The notes: generated by a model from the letters alone, not told the origin. 64,000 nucleotides of DNA from Macrostomum lignano (GCA_002269645.1 NIVC01002602.1:1-64000), one strand, 5' to 3'. Shown: positions 23,452 to 36,700, numbered from the stretch's first letter. Numbers and translations are program-made.

Positions 23452-26414
23452 CCCAGTGTTCCCGCATCCGTTGGATCAACGGTGAAATAACGTTGGGCCG
23501 TTGATTTGTCGTTGAAGAAAAAAAAATTCAATTTAACCCTAGGACTATTTCTTAATAGGATATCAACATATTTTTATGTTTTGCCGGGGGTTATAGACCT
23601 GTTAAAGAGAAAATAAATACCGTTGAACCACCGTAGGAATCGCGTTGAGAAACTATCCATTGAATTGGCGCAGAATAACAACGGTCATCCAATGATAGCA
23701 TTAAAATCCTAGTTATGTTCACTTGTTACTACTAAAAGTAACAAAAAGAAGATTAAACACAAACTTGGCTTACTAATTGGTTAGAATATAGTCTGCCAGC
23801 TGGCTTAATGATATTTTCTCCATTATTTAAAAAAGTTAATAAAATCATGCGGTAGTTTTTATTGTAATGCAACAAGTTAAAACAGCTTGAATAGGTAGAA
23901 CAGGTAAAAAGTATATGTAACTATCATAAGTGTTACTCAATTATTTTTATTATGTAGAAAATAACTATAAATACACATTTTGTCACCAATCCTCATAAAA
24001 TACAGCAAAGTTGAAAGTTTTCAGAAATTTTATTGATGTTTTGTTATAGTCAGTTTTATTGTGCCTAGAGCATTTCAAAATTAAAAGTTTAAAATCATTA
24101 TTGCTATTTTTTCTTTACTCAGCAAGTTGCGCACTCATTGAAAAAAGTTAATCTTAGCTGAAAATTAGTTGTAATGATTCTTATTCAGCTAATTTTTATT
24201 CACATATACAATCGTAATCTGCGGATGTTTTGTTTGGCTTTGGCCATTTTGTTTTGTTTAGGCCTATGTTATTTTATTTTGGCCTTATTATTAGGTCTTT
24301 GGCCTCAGGCTCAGACTTACTCAGGCTTACTCTTAGACTTTAGCTTTAGGGCCTACTCTGCAGTGACGACTATATATGCCCTACATGGGTAAAATTACTT
24401 AAATTAGTAGCCTTATTGTTTTTCATTTTAAAGCTCAAAATTTTCATATTATTAAGGCCTAATATAGCCTATTATTACTACTACTAGCTAGACTAGTGAT
24501 TGATATAGCTCATTTTGATGACTGTATGTTTTAGGGCCTATCTCTTGAAAATCTCAAGTTTAATTTTTAAAAATACAATTGCATTTTCCTTTCTTTTTTC
24601 CTTGCAGCTTCTACTAATTCTCTAAAAGATATCTATAATCTATATTTTAGTTCTAGATTCAAGATGTCCAAAAGAAATTTTAATTGGGTGGTTGCAAAAA
24701 AACTTGTGTGACTTTGACTTTGATGAGCCTATGCCTATGTCAACTGGTGAAGTTGCAGAGCATGAGAGTTAGTTTTCTTATCCATTAATGCCATCATCAA
24801 TGAAAAGTGAACTGAGCTCTGATATTGAGTTGGATTATATTGAACTAAATGGTCCTTCTTTTGAGGATTGTCTTAATGATACTGATAGTGACAAGCTTGA
24901 AGTTGAGCAAGAATAAAACCTAAATGCAATCCCAGGCATTGGCACTAATGCAACTGCTGCTAGTATTGATTCTGAAGCTGAATATGACTCCTCAAAGACT
25001 GAATTAGGCCTAAGCTTAGAGATGGAATTGTTACTATTTTTATTCATTTTATTATTTCCCACTCAGCTATGACCTACCTTCTTGCCCTTTTAAAGCAAAA
25101 GGGTTGTCAGTACCTCATTCTGTTCATGCATTAACAATTTTACTATTAATAAATTTCAGGACAACACTCAACAGGCTTCTGACATGCAAAAGTGACAATT
25201 TTAGCAGCACCATTCGTCGCATGGTCAGAAAAGTGCTCTCGGCTGAAATGCTCACTAAAGTTAACTATAATGGCAAAGGCCTCAGCACTTTGTCGGGCTC
25301 AGAATTAAAAGACAAAGCACTTGCCTTTGGTGCCGTATTTCTGCCTATCATACGCTGTAAGTTTTTTATTTGATTGTATTGTGTTTTACTGAAAGCATAA
25401 GTTAGCTAGGTATAGATTAGGCCTTATCACTATTGTAAAGAATAGTGACCACTTTTTATTCTACATTAAATTTCATGCTTCATCAATTAGCATGTGTTTG
25501 GTTTTATATGAACTGAGAATACATATCAATCATACTGCCTGCAGGTTCGATTCAAGTTCTTTATCCTGTTCATAAGCGGTCCAGTGACTACTACTACTAC
25601 AGGGAAGTCGAACTAGGAGTGATTGCCACTTTGAAGCTGGGAAAAGACAGTCGCAGCCGAACAGGCGCAGCAACCATGGCAACCAGCAAACTGCCAAAAA
25701 AGAAAAACCATCATGTTGCTTATTTTATCTCCAGTGACTCCAAGTGAGTCTAATTCCAATTAGTTAACTGCATGGATGTAGCCTTAATGTACTTTTTTGC
25801 AATGTTAATAAACTATGTATATACTAGTAGTAGATCAATTGATTTTCTGCAAATGTAGCTCTATAGCTCTACAATCAAATGTAATCTGTAGGCTCTCATA
25901 ACTTTATATTATTGTGTGTAAGATATTCTTATTAAAATTACTTTTTCATGCTTAAATTGCCAAAATTGTGTTGCCAATGGCGGAATGGCTGAAATATAAG
26001 CAGCTAAATAATACTAAAAAACACTTTTCTTGGATTTTTGTGAGAAAATAAATCGCTCGTATATCCAAAATTGTCTGTCCGCTTTTGTCATTTTTTGTAT
26101 TGTAAGGTTGGGATCGAAATCAGAGTCTGCTGGAGACAAAACTAAATCATCGACTATGCTATAATATCATCATACAATCATCAATAAAATGTACGAAGAA
26201 CTAAAAATCAGAGCCTACCTTTGAGGAGACACCAAAGAAAGCAATATTTTTTTGTAAAAACTACATGCAGATTTTAAGACCGTTGTAAAACCGTTGAAAA
26301 TGAAGGGGATTTTCGTTGAAGTTCAACGTTGGTACAACGGATTTGTCTCGGGACATCCTCAACGGTGACAACGGTGGGCACCAACGTTGATCCAACGGAT
26401 GTGGGAACACTGGG
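23452..26414. mobile_element. 2963-bp TIR element, CMC/EnSpm-like, with no transposase visible
   Basis: 30-bp TIRs CCCAGTGTTCCC(G/A)CATCCGTTGGATCAACG (29/30 match), TA on both flanks, and multiple subterminal CCGTTG/CAACGG motifs at both ends. Confidence 0.88.
25160..25743 (+). CDS. Spliced accessory ORF inside the TIR element, BEN/DUF4806-like
   Basis: Exons 25160-25356 and 25545-25743 (tttcag|, |gtaag, ctgcag|, |gtgag) join in frame: TTLNRLLTCKSDNFSSTIRRMVRKVLSAEMLTKVNYNGKG...FGAVFLPIIRCSIQVLYP...EVELGVIATLKLGKDSRSR. The acidic upstream segment (about 24650-24920) contains in-frame stops. Confidence 0.55.
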
Positions 26415-27426
26415 TAATAGGATAGCATCTAAAATGTAGGCTTCATTTTTTTATTTAAAATATAATAGGGAAATAAAATAAAATAAAATAAATAAAATAA
26501 CATAAAGTAAAATAAAAAATAGGGAACTATTAAATTTTTACTTAGTATTACTTAGTATTGGGCCTACTGATAATTTTTAGATACTACATACAACAACAAA
26601 GGCAAAGCAATTGTTAGGAATTGGTCAGGATAGTAGTGTTTTTACAAAAATGGCATTCCATGTAGTAGTGATGCAAGGTTATATTCAAAAGCTAACAAGA
26701 ATTTTTTTAGAATAACACTATAATAAATAGCCTAGACTAGAGTATAATAAATAACATATTTTATTTTATACAGTCAGATACACACAGAAAAATTGACATC
26801 AAGTCTTTTTGTTGAGTCTGATACTTATTAAAATACAATTATAGTAACTGGATAGCAGAATTTATAAACAAAAACATCATCAATAGAATATTGTTAATAA
26901 GAAACGCCCAATTTCTTCTTCCGCAAGGAAATTAAAATGCCGTCATAAAATCCTAACTATTAAGTACAACTAATGTAAATTGCTCTTTTTTAAGCAATGT
27001 GTTTCATTATAAGCATTTTATTTAATTCTAACCTATTAAATAACAAATCTGGCAAATAAATATTTTATTTTGTTTTAACATGGTAACACCGATTATTAAC
27101 TAAGCTAGCCACCTGCTATTTATAAACAAAAACACGGCAAATCAAACTTCAACAAGGAGAAAAGTTCTGTAGCTGAAGTAATAACACTACATACGTGGAC
27201 ATCTAAATGTATAATGTGCGTATATGTAAGGTTTGGCTCGTAGCAACGGTGGATTAACTATAGCAATTTTATTTATTTAACAAACTTACGCAATGGCTAG
27301 ATTTGGAAATAGTATATTATTTCGTATATTTAGATTGCAATAAGCGTTGCAGCAGCAAATGAATTCATCGTCATATTATATTTGATGCAGTAAATTGAAA
27401 AAATAATATAATGAACAGCGCGCTAG

Positions 27427-28992
27427 TTAAGCCCCAGAACGACCAGTAGTGCAGCTGCAGCAAAGCGCCTTCCAACCAGCCAATCGCTGATGCTTACGAC
27501 CTCCAGCTTCTAATCCGTCTTGATCTGCAACTTGCTGTTGTCTTCTAACAGCTGATAGAACCAAATCGTAGAAAGCTTTTTGCACGTTGTCCATCGAAAG
27601 AGCCGACGTCTCCACGTAAGTCATGCCGTAATGAAGTGCAAACTCGTTAGCTTCCATAGATGAAATTAGGCGATTGTTGCCTAAATCGGATTTATTGCCA
27701 ACTAAGGCGAGGTCAAGGTGCCGACAGGGACTTATTTTTTTCGGCTTCTTACTCAATTCCTGTTGCTGTTGGTGCAGCTGCGGCTCTTGGTCTGCAATTG
27801 TCTGCTTTTGCAGTTTTTGGCACTGGCTACATTTGGATAGGCGCCCAATTCTATCCAACCAATCGGGAAGCTGATTGAACGAATCGTAGTTGTCTAACGC
27901 AAATACCAGCATCACAGCGTTGACGCCAGCGTAAAATTCTGCGTTATATTCGTGCAGCTTTTCCTGGAATGCGCGATGGGTGCAGGTTGGTGGTGTTGGA
28001 TACGAGTTGTGGAATATTGGCCGATTCATTTTCCTTTTTGTGCACGCTTTGAGAATGTAGAAGTGAGAAAATGAAAAAAATGCGTCCATACAAGAGGGCA
28101 GTGAGAACAGAGACTATATACATTATATATGACGGATGACGGAGATTAAATTGCTCAAGAAAATAGATGCCGAAAAGATCAAAGAAAAGACTGAGAGGAT
28201 ATGAGATGAGACTATAGACTAGACTCTTCTAGACTAGACCAGACTGGACTAGACTAGACTAGACTAGATTAGATGAGATTAGACAAGAACAGATGAGACT
28301 CGACTAAATGCGACGAGGCGATAGAGACTAGACTAGCTAGATGAGACTAGACTAGACGAGAGTGAGACTTGATTAGATGAGATTAAACTAGTAGACGAGA
28401 GTGAGACTTGACTAGATGAGACTAGACTAGACACGAGTGAGACTTGACTAGATGAGATTAGACTAGATGAGACTAGACTAGACTAGACGAGAGTTAAGCT
28501 AGATTATAGATGAGACTAGACGAGAGTAAAACTTGATTAGATGAGACTAATAGACAATACGCCGATACGCAGGTGAGACTTAACTAGATAAGACTACACT
28601 AGACGAGAGTGAGACTAGACTAGATCTAGATGAGACTACTAGACAAGAGACAAGACTAGGCGAAATTTCAAAACTAAGAATCACGGATATACATCAAACT
28701 ACATGTGATGTACTTGGATAGGTGAAACGATCCTTACCATCCCGCACATGTCCCAGATTCTGATTTGAGCATTTCGACCGTCACCAACTGGCATAATGAA
28801 GTGATGAAAGGAGCCGGGCAGCGTGCGTTTTAGATGGTCAATATTCGATTTTGGATTATCGAACCTACTGACTACGCTAATCTTGCCAACAAGACTTGAG
28901 CCGACAACAAGTAGTTTTAACTTTAAATCAGCTTTACAGCCAAGTCGTTGGTTTATTAGCTGCAGTTCAACATTCTCAGCTTCGTTTTCCAT
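27427..28992 (-). CDS. Atypical Rab/Ras-like small GTPase, 2 exons, at least 263 aa
   Basis: Exons 28992-28738 and 27963-27427 (ATG|gtaagg ... ttccag|GAA). Motifs KLLVVGSSLVGKI, IWDMCGMEK, LVGNKSD, YVETSA; C-terminal CCSC. The frame is open 53 codons upstream of the ATG. Confidence 0.9.
28205..28660. repeat. Degenerate GACTA-based repeat (GACTAGACTAGATGA), intron of the Rab-like gene
   Basis: Direct. Confidence 0.9.
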
Positions 28993-30734
28993 TTTGTCCC
29001 GTCGCTTAGAAGGTTTGTCGGTTTGCTTATTGGCGTCGACAGCTGTTAAAGTCGAAGACTGTGATGCCAACGCGGATTCGGCAGCTGTTGCGGATGTGTC
29101 TCCTGCTCTGATCTGCCTGCCTGCAGCTGCAGGTAACTTTCCTTGAAAATCTTAGTACGTCAGGGTCAGCTCGCTTTTTGTAGCGAATTCTTGCTTACTC
29201 TAACTTCTTGCTCATACATGCGCAACAGTCGGCCGAGGCGGCCAATCCGGCCGACTGATTTGGCAGCCAACCAAGGAAGTCGCAAAAATGCCCACCCAAA
29301 AAATACCCAAGTAGTAGTACTAAGTAGCTGACGAGGCATTTTTGCCTAAAAAGACAGTTATAGTTACTCCCGCTGTTTACCCAAAGTTGCGTTTATTTTG
29401 CTTTAGGGTTTTTTTACATGTAAGTCGCATTTTTGGCAAAAAACTACGTCGCATTTTTGTTAAAACTAAGTCGCACGGCCGACCGAATTTTGGACGTTGC
29501 GCATGTATGTTCTTGCTACAAACACAAGTTTATAGCGTGCGTAAGAATACTGCATGTACGCGCCGCGCCGCGCTCACGTCACGACGAAAAGGGTGAGAAT
29601 TTAACTACTACACTGAGCTGAGCGGCTGGCTTCCTTCGATTTTCTGCTAGAGCTAAAAACAATTAAATTGTTCTGAGAGTATAAAAAGGGTTTGTCGCGG
29701 TCTTTTCAACCCACCCCCCACGCCCGCCGCCCCACGCCACCCACCACCCCAATTCAACAAATCAATTCTTGTACATTCAGCATACGCGGGCCCCTCGACC
29801 CTACAAAAAACCAACCCCTACCCCGAATAATATTGAGCTAGCAATAGCAAGCCAGCCCAGCAGGTAATCTACGTTTGAAGAATGTACATTGCGACGAAGT
29901 TCCCCTTATTCCTATCTATACAATCCTGCTACAATCTATACAATCTTTATACAATCATCGGAAAATAATCTGATCAAACTAATTTAAAGTACATGCTTTA
30001 ATCTAAAACACACACGTCTGAGTACTTTAATCCATATAGCTATATACAAAGTAGACAATAGACAATAGACAATAAGCTATAGAGAATCCACACCCATCTC
30101 ATTATTTGCTTTAAATTATACTTGTATAGTAACTTGTATGTAAGTTAGTTCTGGTCCACTAAACTTAACTTAATTTGGTTCACTATAACTGAGATGTACG
30201 ATCGAGTGCATTATGCTTTAACAAAATAAATAAGTGGATTCTATCTGACAATTTTTTAAATTTGAAAATAAATAAAAATTAACTAACATAAAATAATTAA
30301 CAATATCCAATAGTTCATACATGTGCCGCATGCCACGATTATTTCACCATATTAATTTTCGTATAATTTTATTTTCGTGTAGTGGGCCGTAGGCAATACG
30401 TATATACGTAAATATTATGTTAAATTTATACAATCAAGACCATGCTTTCGGATTCATATTTGCGGTTAGCTAAGAAAATCAAACGCCTGGTAAACGCTAA
30501 TAAGCAATGGCAAAGTAAAACAAATAATGCCAAATCTATGGTGAAATAATCTATTAAACGCCTATAATACAGAAGAATTTATGATTTTAATAACGAAGTC
30601 CGTATTGCCTCTACATTGAAAGCGAAATTGACATCATTTTGTCTATTCGATTCGCAAGACTTTAAAAAGTTTCACAGACCAGAATCTGTGCTACTCGTAT
30701 ACGCGCGAATTCAATCAATGCAGGAATTTTTTCA

Positions 30735-33700
30735 TCAAGATACCCAACTGGGGCAGCTTGGCAGCGGTGGAAAGTACAACAGCTTCCTCAATGTACTCTT
30801 TGTGCAGGCAATCTGTTTGTCGTTTGTCTCAATGGCTACCCGGTGAATTACTGCCGGAAATAAGCTGGTGAATTCATCCTCACGAAGGTCGATATCTTCG
30901 TCGAGAAGAACGTCGCGGAGGGCCTCGAAATTCAAATTAAGAAAATCATTCTTTTATCATCAGAAATTTTTCAACAGTAGAGCTGATTGATTCAATATTT
31001 TGTGTTTCACAGCTGTACACAGCTTCGCCACCGGGAGGGGGGACAAGGGGGACATGTCCCACCCAGTGAAAGCTATGGGAAGTACATACCAAGCTTTGTC
31101 CTCCCCCACCCCACCTTGTGACCCGTTGTGGAAAGCAATAATTTTGTTTCAGGGAGCTTAAATATAGCACCTGCGGCGCTAAAATGAGTGCCTGCGGCGC
31201 TAAAATGAGTGCCTGTGGCGCTAAAATGAGTGCCTGCGGCGCTAAGATGAGTGCCTGCGGCGCTAAAATGAGTGCCTGTGGCGCTAAAATGAGTTCCTGC
31301 GACGTCAAAATGAGTGCCTGCGACGTCAAAATGAGTGCCTGCGGCGCTAAAATGAGTGCCTGCGGCGCTAAAATGAGTGCCTGCGACGTCAAAATGAGTG
31401 CCTGCGACGTCAAAATGAGTGCTGACAAAACCGACTCTCAAAATAATGTACTCTCGTACTTGTAGGAATTTAGTCATGTGCATGTACATGTAAAACTCTT
31501 TGCTTTGTCGCCCCCCCCACCAAAATTCATGGCGACGCCCCTGCACCTGAGCGAACAGGCAGCCGCGCTCCGGATGTCGATGCGACAAATAGCCCTCGAC
31601 AACGCTGTAGGCGTAGAAGCAGTCCTGCTGATTTCTGTAGTGGACTGCATCTGGCCTGCTCTCTTGAACTTGATCTGCATCCATATCCAGGTTGCGGCAC
31701 GACTGTACCACGAACAGCTTCGGTTTATTTTTAAGTCCGTTAGTTCGCCGCACCTGCAAAATAAATTTGTGTTGCTTAATTAGGCTTGGGGAACCAAATG
31801 TAACAAGGACAAATAATCCGCATATTCTGCTTTGAAACAATTCCACAAAAGAAATTTTTTTCGACCACGTATGATCTTTAAGCTTTGGAAATAGAGGGTC
31901 CATTCTATAAAGCTATCGAAAAGTATCGTCGCATAAGCTCCAACCCGCACAGCAACTGCAGCTGTACATAGGCCTAATTTTCGAGACTTTACGACAAGGT
32001 TGGGCCTGTCTTAGCCAAGGACAACCAGAGAGCAACATAAATACAGGACGCGACACTCACATTTCATGGAAAAAAGTTTTGAAGTCCACTTTAGATAAAT
32101 ATTTTGCTGGATACTGCCGCTTTGAAACAAACATTTTGTTTATTTGTTTACAGATTCTACACGGCTAATCGCACGTAACTACAATAATTTTAGATAGTAA
32201 GGCATACCTTGTTGAAAAAAGGGTTTGCCTTAAGAATAGTGTTATTTAAAAAGGGAACAAATTTCGAAGGTCCCAACGAAAAAAGACATAGTTTGGAAAA
32301 GTGGCCTTCAAAACATTTTTCATAGATTTCGAGTGTTGCAACCTTCTATACTTTTAGTAGTCCTTGGTCTTAGATTTACGAAGAAACGCAAGAAGCTGCC
32401 GAGAATAACGAAAGTTTCACCAAATTTGAATTAATTACATATTTGCGCTCACCAGACAACTTAGGAAGCTTCTCAAATATTAAGGAACCATCTTAAAATA
32501 CGATGATGACCTTACCGAAAATTTTACGTCACTGAGGTTCAAGAGATAGAAATGAGAGCTTGTGATTTTTTTAGTTTATTTGCTTGTAAGACAGGTGACT
32601 ACTTAAGGGTAGCCATGGATCGCTTTTAAAAGCTAAGCAGATTGATCAGAAATTTTTTTCGACGATATGGAACTTCCGAGCTTATTAAGTTTAAAGTTAA
32701 TTGCTAAACACTCCCGTAGCTTTAAAGTACAGACTACAAATAGCTATAATATCAAAAGTAATTTTATACTTATACCTGACTGAGGGGTTGTAGCCTAGGG
32801 GTTAGACCGTCGGACTCACGACAGAAAAGTCGGGGGTTCGATTCTCGATCCACTCAAAACAATTTGTGCTCTTGAGAAAGACACTTAACTCATGCATTTT
32901 GTCAGTTCAAACAGCTGTAAAATGGTACCAGAATTGAGGGTGTGTGGTGACCCCCTCCCAGTCCTTGGACTGAACAGCCGTACGCAGCCTTCAGATGCGC
33001 CGCGCACAATAGCTGCAGCTGAGCTGTCGGTTGCACAATACGAGCGTATCTGGCCCAATTGGGGCAGGTGTAATCAATTATTAATATTAGTACAAATATA
33101 CATGTACCTGACTGAAAACGTCTTCCAACTTCACTTTTCCATCGGTAGCGTACACGAATCCTTCGCCGCCGTGGCTGCATATGCACAACAGGAAGGCGTC
33201 GTGCTCATTGAAGTCATTTAATGGCCAGTCAGTGTTCGACATCAGATTGTTGAAGAATTCGGCACATCTGTAAATAATTTCAAGTTCCAGGTTAGCGATA
33301 GGGCTCCATTTGATAGGTATTACTCGTATCTCGTATAAGACCTATCAGATAGTCCACAGATTCTATATTCGTATATTCCAGAATGCTGGAGCATGGATGA
33401 AGGAATAACATGGAATGATTCCTTCATCCATGTTCTTGGCTTGACACATCTACGAGGTAATATAGAATCTGTGGCCTAAACAACAAAGTTGGCCATAGAC
33501 TGTGTTGTGACTGAGGTCTTGGCAATGGAGACCATAGACTGTGTTGTGACTGAGGTCTTGGCAATGGAGACCATAGACTGTGTTGTGACTGAGGTCTTGG
33601 CAATGGAGACCATAGACTGTGTTGTGACTGAGGTCTTGGCAATGTAGACCATAGACTGTGTTGTGACTGAGGTCTTGGCAATGGAGATCATAGACTGTGT

Positions 33701-36700
33701 TGTGACTGAAGTCTTGGCAATGGAGACCATAGACTGTGTTGTGACTGAGGTCTTGGCAATGGAGACCATAGTCTGTGTTGTGACTGAGGTCTTGGCAATG
33801 TAGACCATAGACTGTGTTGCGACTGAGGTCTTGGCAATGGAGACCATAGACTGTGTTGTGACTGAGGTCTTGGCAATGGAGACCATAGACTGTGTTGCGA
33901 CTGAGGTCTTAGCAATGGAGACCATAGACTGTGTTGTGACTGAGGTCTTGGCAATGTAGACCATAGACTGTGTTGCGACTGAGGTCTTGGCAATGGAGAC
34001 CATAGACTGTGTTGTGACTGAGGTCTTGGCAATGGAGACCATAGACTGTGTTGCGACTGAGGTCTTAGCAATGGAGACCATAGACTGTGTTGTGACTGAG
34101 GTCTTGGCAATGGAGACCATATACTGTGTTGCGACTGAGGTCTTGGCAATGGAGACCATAGACTGAAGCTTATACGTGGGGGGAATTTCGAAGTCACAAT
34201 TAACGGGTATGCTAGGCGAGCAATAGTAAACATAGATAGATAACCTTCTCTCTTCTTTTAAATGCTAATTTCTTTTCCTTAATATGTCGTGGTCCAGAGG
34301 AAGAAAGCAGTTAATAGATGTCTATTATTGCGAGAATTCGAGCAGTATGTAGAAATTGTAACACTGAATCAACTTACTTATTCTCGAAATATTTCGTCTC
34401 AAAGCCTATTTTAACAAACGCGTGAAGGAGACTTTTTAACTCTTCATGAAAATCGAGTTCAGCGCCGTGTCGTTTTGTCAGATTTAGTTCGTCTTCGAAG
34501 TCAATTATGTTAATTATCATGGCGTAGCCACGTCTGAGGAGAATCGCAGAGAATAACACCTAGGAGAATTGCTTGCTCAAGTAATAAAACCAATGATGAG
34601 AACTCAGATGGCTATCATCTCACCTGTGCGATTGCATTGTGTACCAAGGCCTTCGTGCGTCTATCGCCGGATGCATGTAATCAGATGCCAACTCAGCATC
34701 AGCACCAGCCGTTTCAATTTGGGGTTGGACAGGGTCAGATGATGCTGCGGCATCCAACTGCATCAACTGTTTGACTCTGACATGAAAGGTTTGAGTTGTG
34801 ATCGGTATAAGATAGGATAGATTTTTAATTTAACAGACGGTGATCTGGCAGAGAGTCTTATCTAAACTGGGTTGAGACTTCCTTTAGAAAGAAGTGGATT
34901 GTTTGGGCACTGCATCGATTAGTGGGTTGTGTCTAGACATTGTTTAGGATCTATCCTGGGTTGATATCTTTGTTTGGGATCTATCGCGGGTTGTTTAGAC
35001 ATTGTTTAGGATCTATCGTGGGTTGTCTAGACATTGTTTAGGATCTATCGTGGGTTGTCTAGACATTGTTTAGGATCTATCGTGGGTTGTCTAGTCACTG
35101 CTGTGCCAGTTTTATGAATTTTAGGCACAGGACATGTATGTAGGATACAAAATTCACATAGAATCCTAACTTTATTAAGCGAAAAGCTCTATGAGCTAGT
35201 GTACTCGTACCTCTCATCAATGATGCTCTTGCACTCATTGTGACCAAAATATTCAGCCCATTCCCTGGCATCCATTTCGTATTCGCCTTTGTGCAACCAC
35301 TGGCGCAAATCTGTCAGGCTGTCGCGCAGCTCCCTGATCACATCCGCGTTGCCGCACCTGGCCGCCCAGATTAGCGGCGTGTTGCCGCAAAAGTCCTGCG
35401 GATCCGGTCTAGCTTGAAGCTTGAGCAGTTTTGTCACAGCCGGCGAGTTGTTGCGCACGGATGCGTGGGTCAGAGCGGTGAAGCTCAGCTTGTCCTGACA
35501 CGGTTTGGACGATAGGTTTTTAAGGGCGGTAAAGTCTGTACTGAACCCGCGACAGAAGTTCACAAGAAATGTATAGACTCAAGTTAATGCCGTGATTCAA
35601 GGTCAAGAAGACAACATTCAAGGGGCAGCGATATGTCTGGCTAAACAAAGAAAACACAACCGAAGTAAGACATTGTGCTCCGTTTTGTTAGAAATGCTTA
35701 AGACGTATACATTCCTGTAGCTCTGTGGTCGGCTAACTCCGGCCCGCAAATCCTCTCTATCTGGTCTTACCTAGGGTTCTTAAAACTTCACAATAGCAAT
35801 CCGGCCCCCTCAAAGTTTGTGTCTCTACTTAGCTTTCTTCTCTCACCTTTCTCTTCTTCTCTCCTCTCTTCTCCTATCCTCTCCTCTCCTCTCCTCTCCT
35901 CTCCTCTCCTCTCCTCTCCTCTCCTATCCTCTCCTCTCCTCTCCTCTCCTCTCCTCTCCTCTCCTCTCCTCTCCTCTCCTCTCCTCTCCTCTCCTCTCCT
36001 CTCCCCTCCTCTCCTCTCCTCTCCTCTCCTCTCCTCTCTTCTCCTCTCCTCTCCTCTCCTCTCCTCTCCTCTCCTATCCTCTCCTCTCCTCTCCTCTCTT
36101 CTCCTCTCTCCTCTCCTCTCTTCTCCTCTCCTCTCCTCTCCTCTCCTCTCCTCTCCTCTCCTCTCCTCTCCTCTCCTCTCCTCTCCTCTCCTCTCCTCTC
36201 CTCTCCTCTCCTCTCCTCTCCTCTCCTCTCTTCTCCTCTCCTCTCCTCTCTTCTCCTATCCTCTCCTCTCCTCTCCTCTCCTCTCCTCTCCTCTCCTCTC
36301 CTCTCCTCTCCTCTCCTTTCCTCTCTTCTCCTCTCCTCTCCTCTCTTCTCCTATCCTCTCCTCTCCTCTCCTCTCCTCTCCTCTCCTCTCCTCTCCTCTC
36401 CTCTCCTCTCCTCTCCTCTCCTCTCCTCTCCTCTCTTCTCCTCTTCTCTCCTCTCTTCTCCTATCCTCTCCTCTCCTCTCCTCTCCTCTCCTCTCCTCTC
36501 CTCTCCTCTCCTCTCCTCTCCTCTCCTCTCTCTCTCTCCTCTCCTCTCCTCTCTTCTCCTATCCTCTCCTCTCCTCTCCTCTCCTCTCCTCTCCTCTCCT
36601 CTTCTCTCTTCTCCTCTTCTCTCTTCTCCTCTCCACTCATCATTATCATCATCACCCATCTCGTCATCTCTCTTCCTTTATTCCCTTGCCACTCCTTTCT

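Noticed and set aside
29140-30750. Further fusion of the caspase to the downstream Rab-like exon (CCC A|gttggg to ttttcaag|GA is in frame)
   Set aside because: The donor is weak, the caspase domain is complete before its stop, and a sense AATAAA follows at about 30370. Not excluded without RNA data.
31900-32760. Possible TTAA-type DNA transposon in the caspase intron
   Set aside because: No matching TIR pair could be established.
32783-32855. Functional tRNA-Val(CAC) gene
   Set aside because: The anticodon and acceptor stems do not pair, there is no T-run terminator, and a SINE-like core follows.
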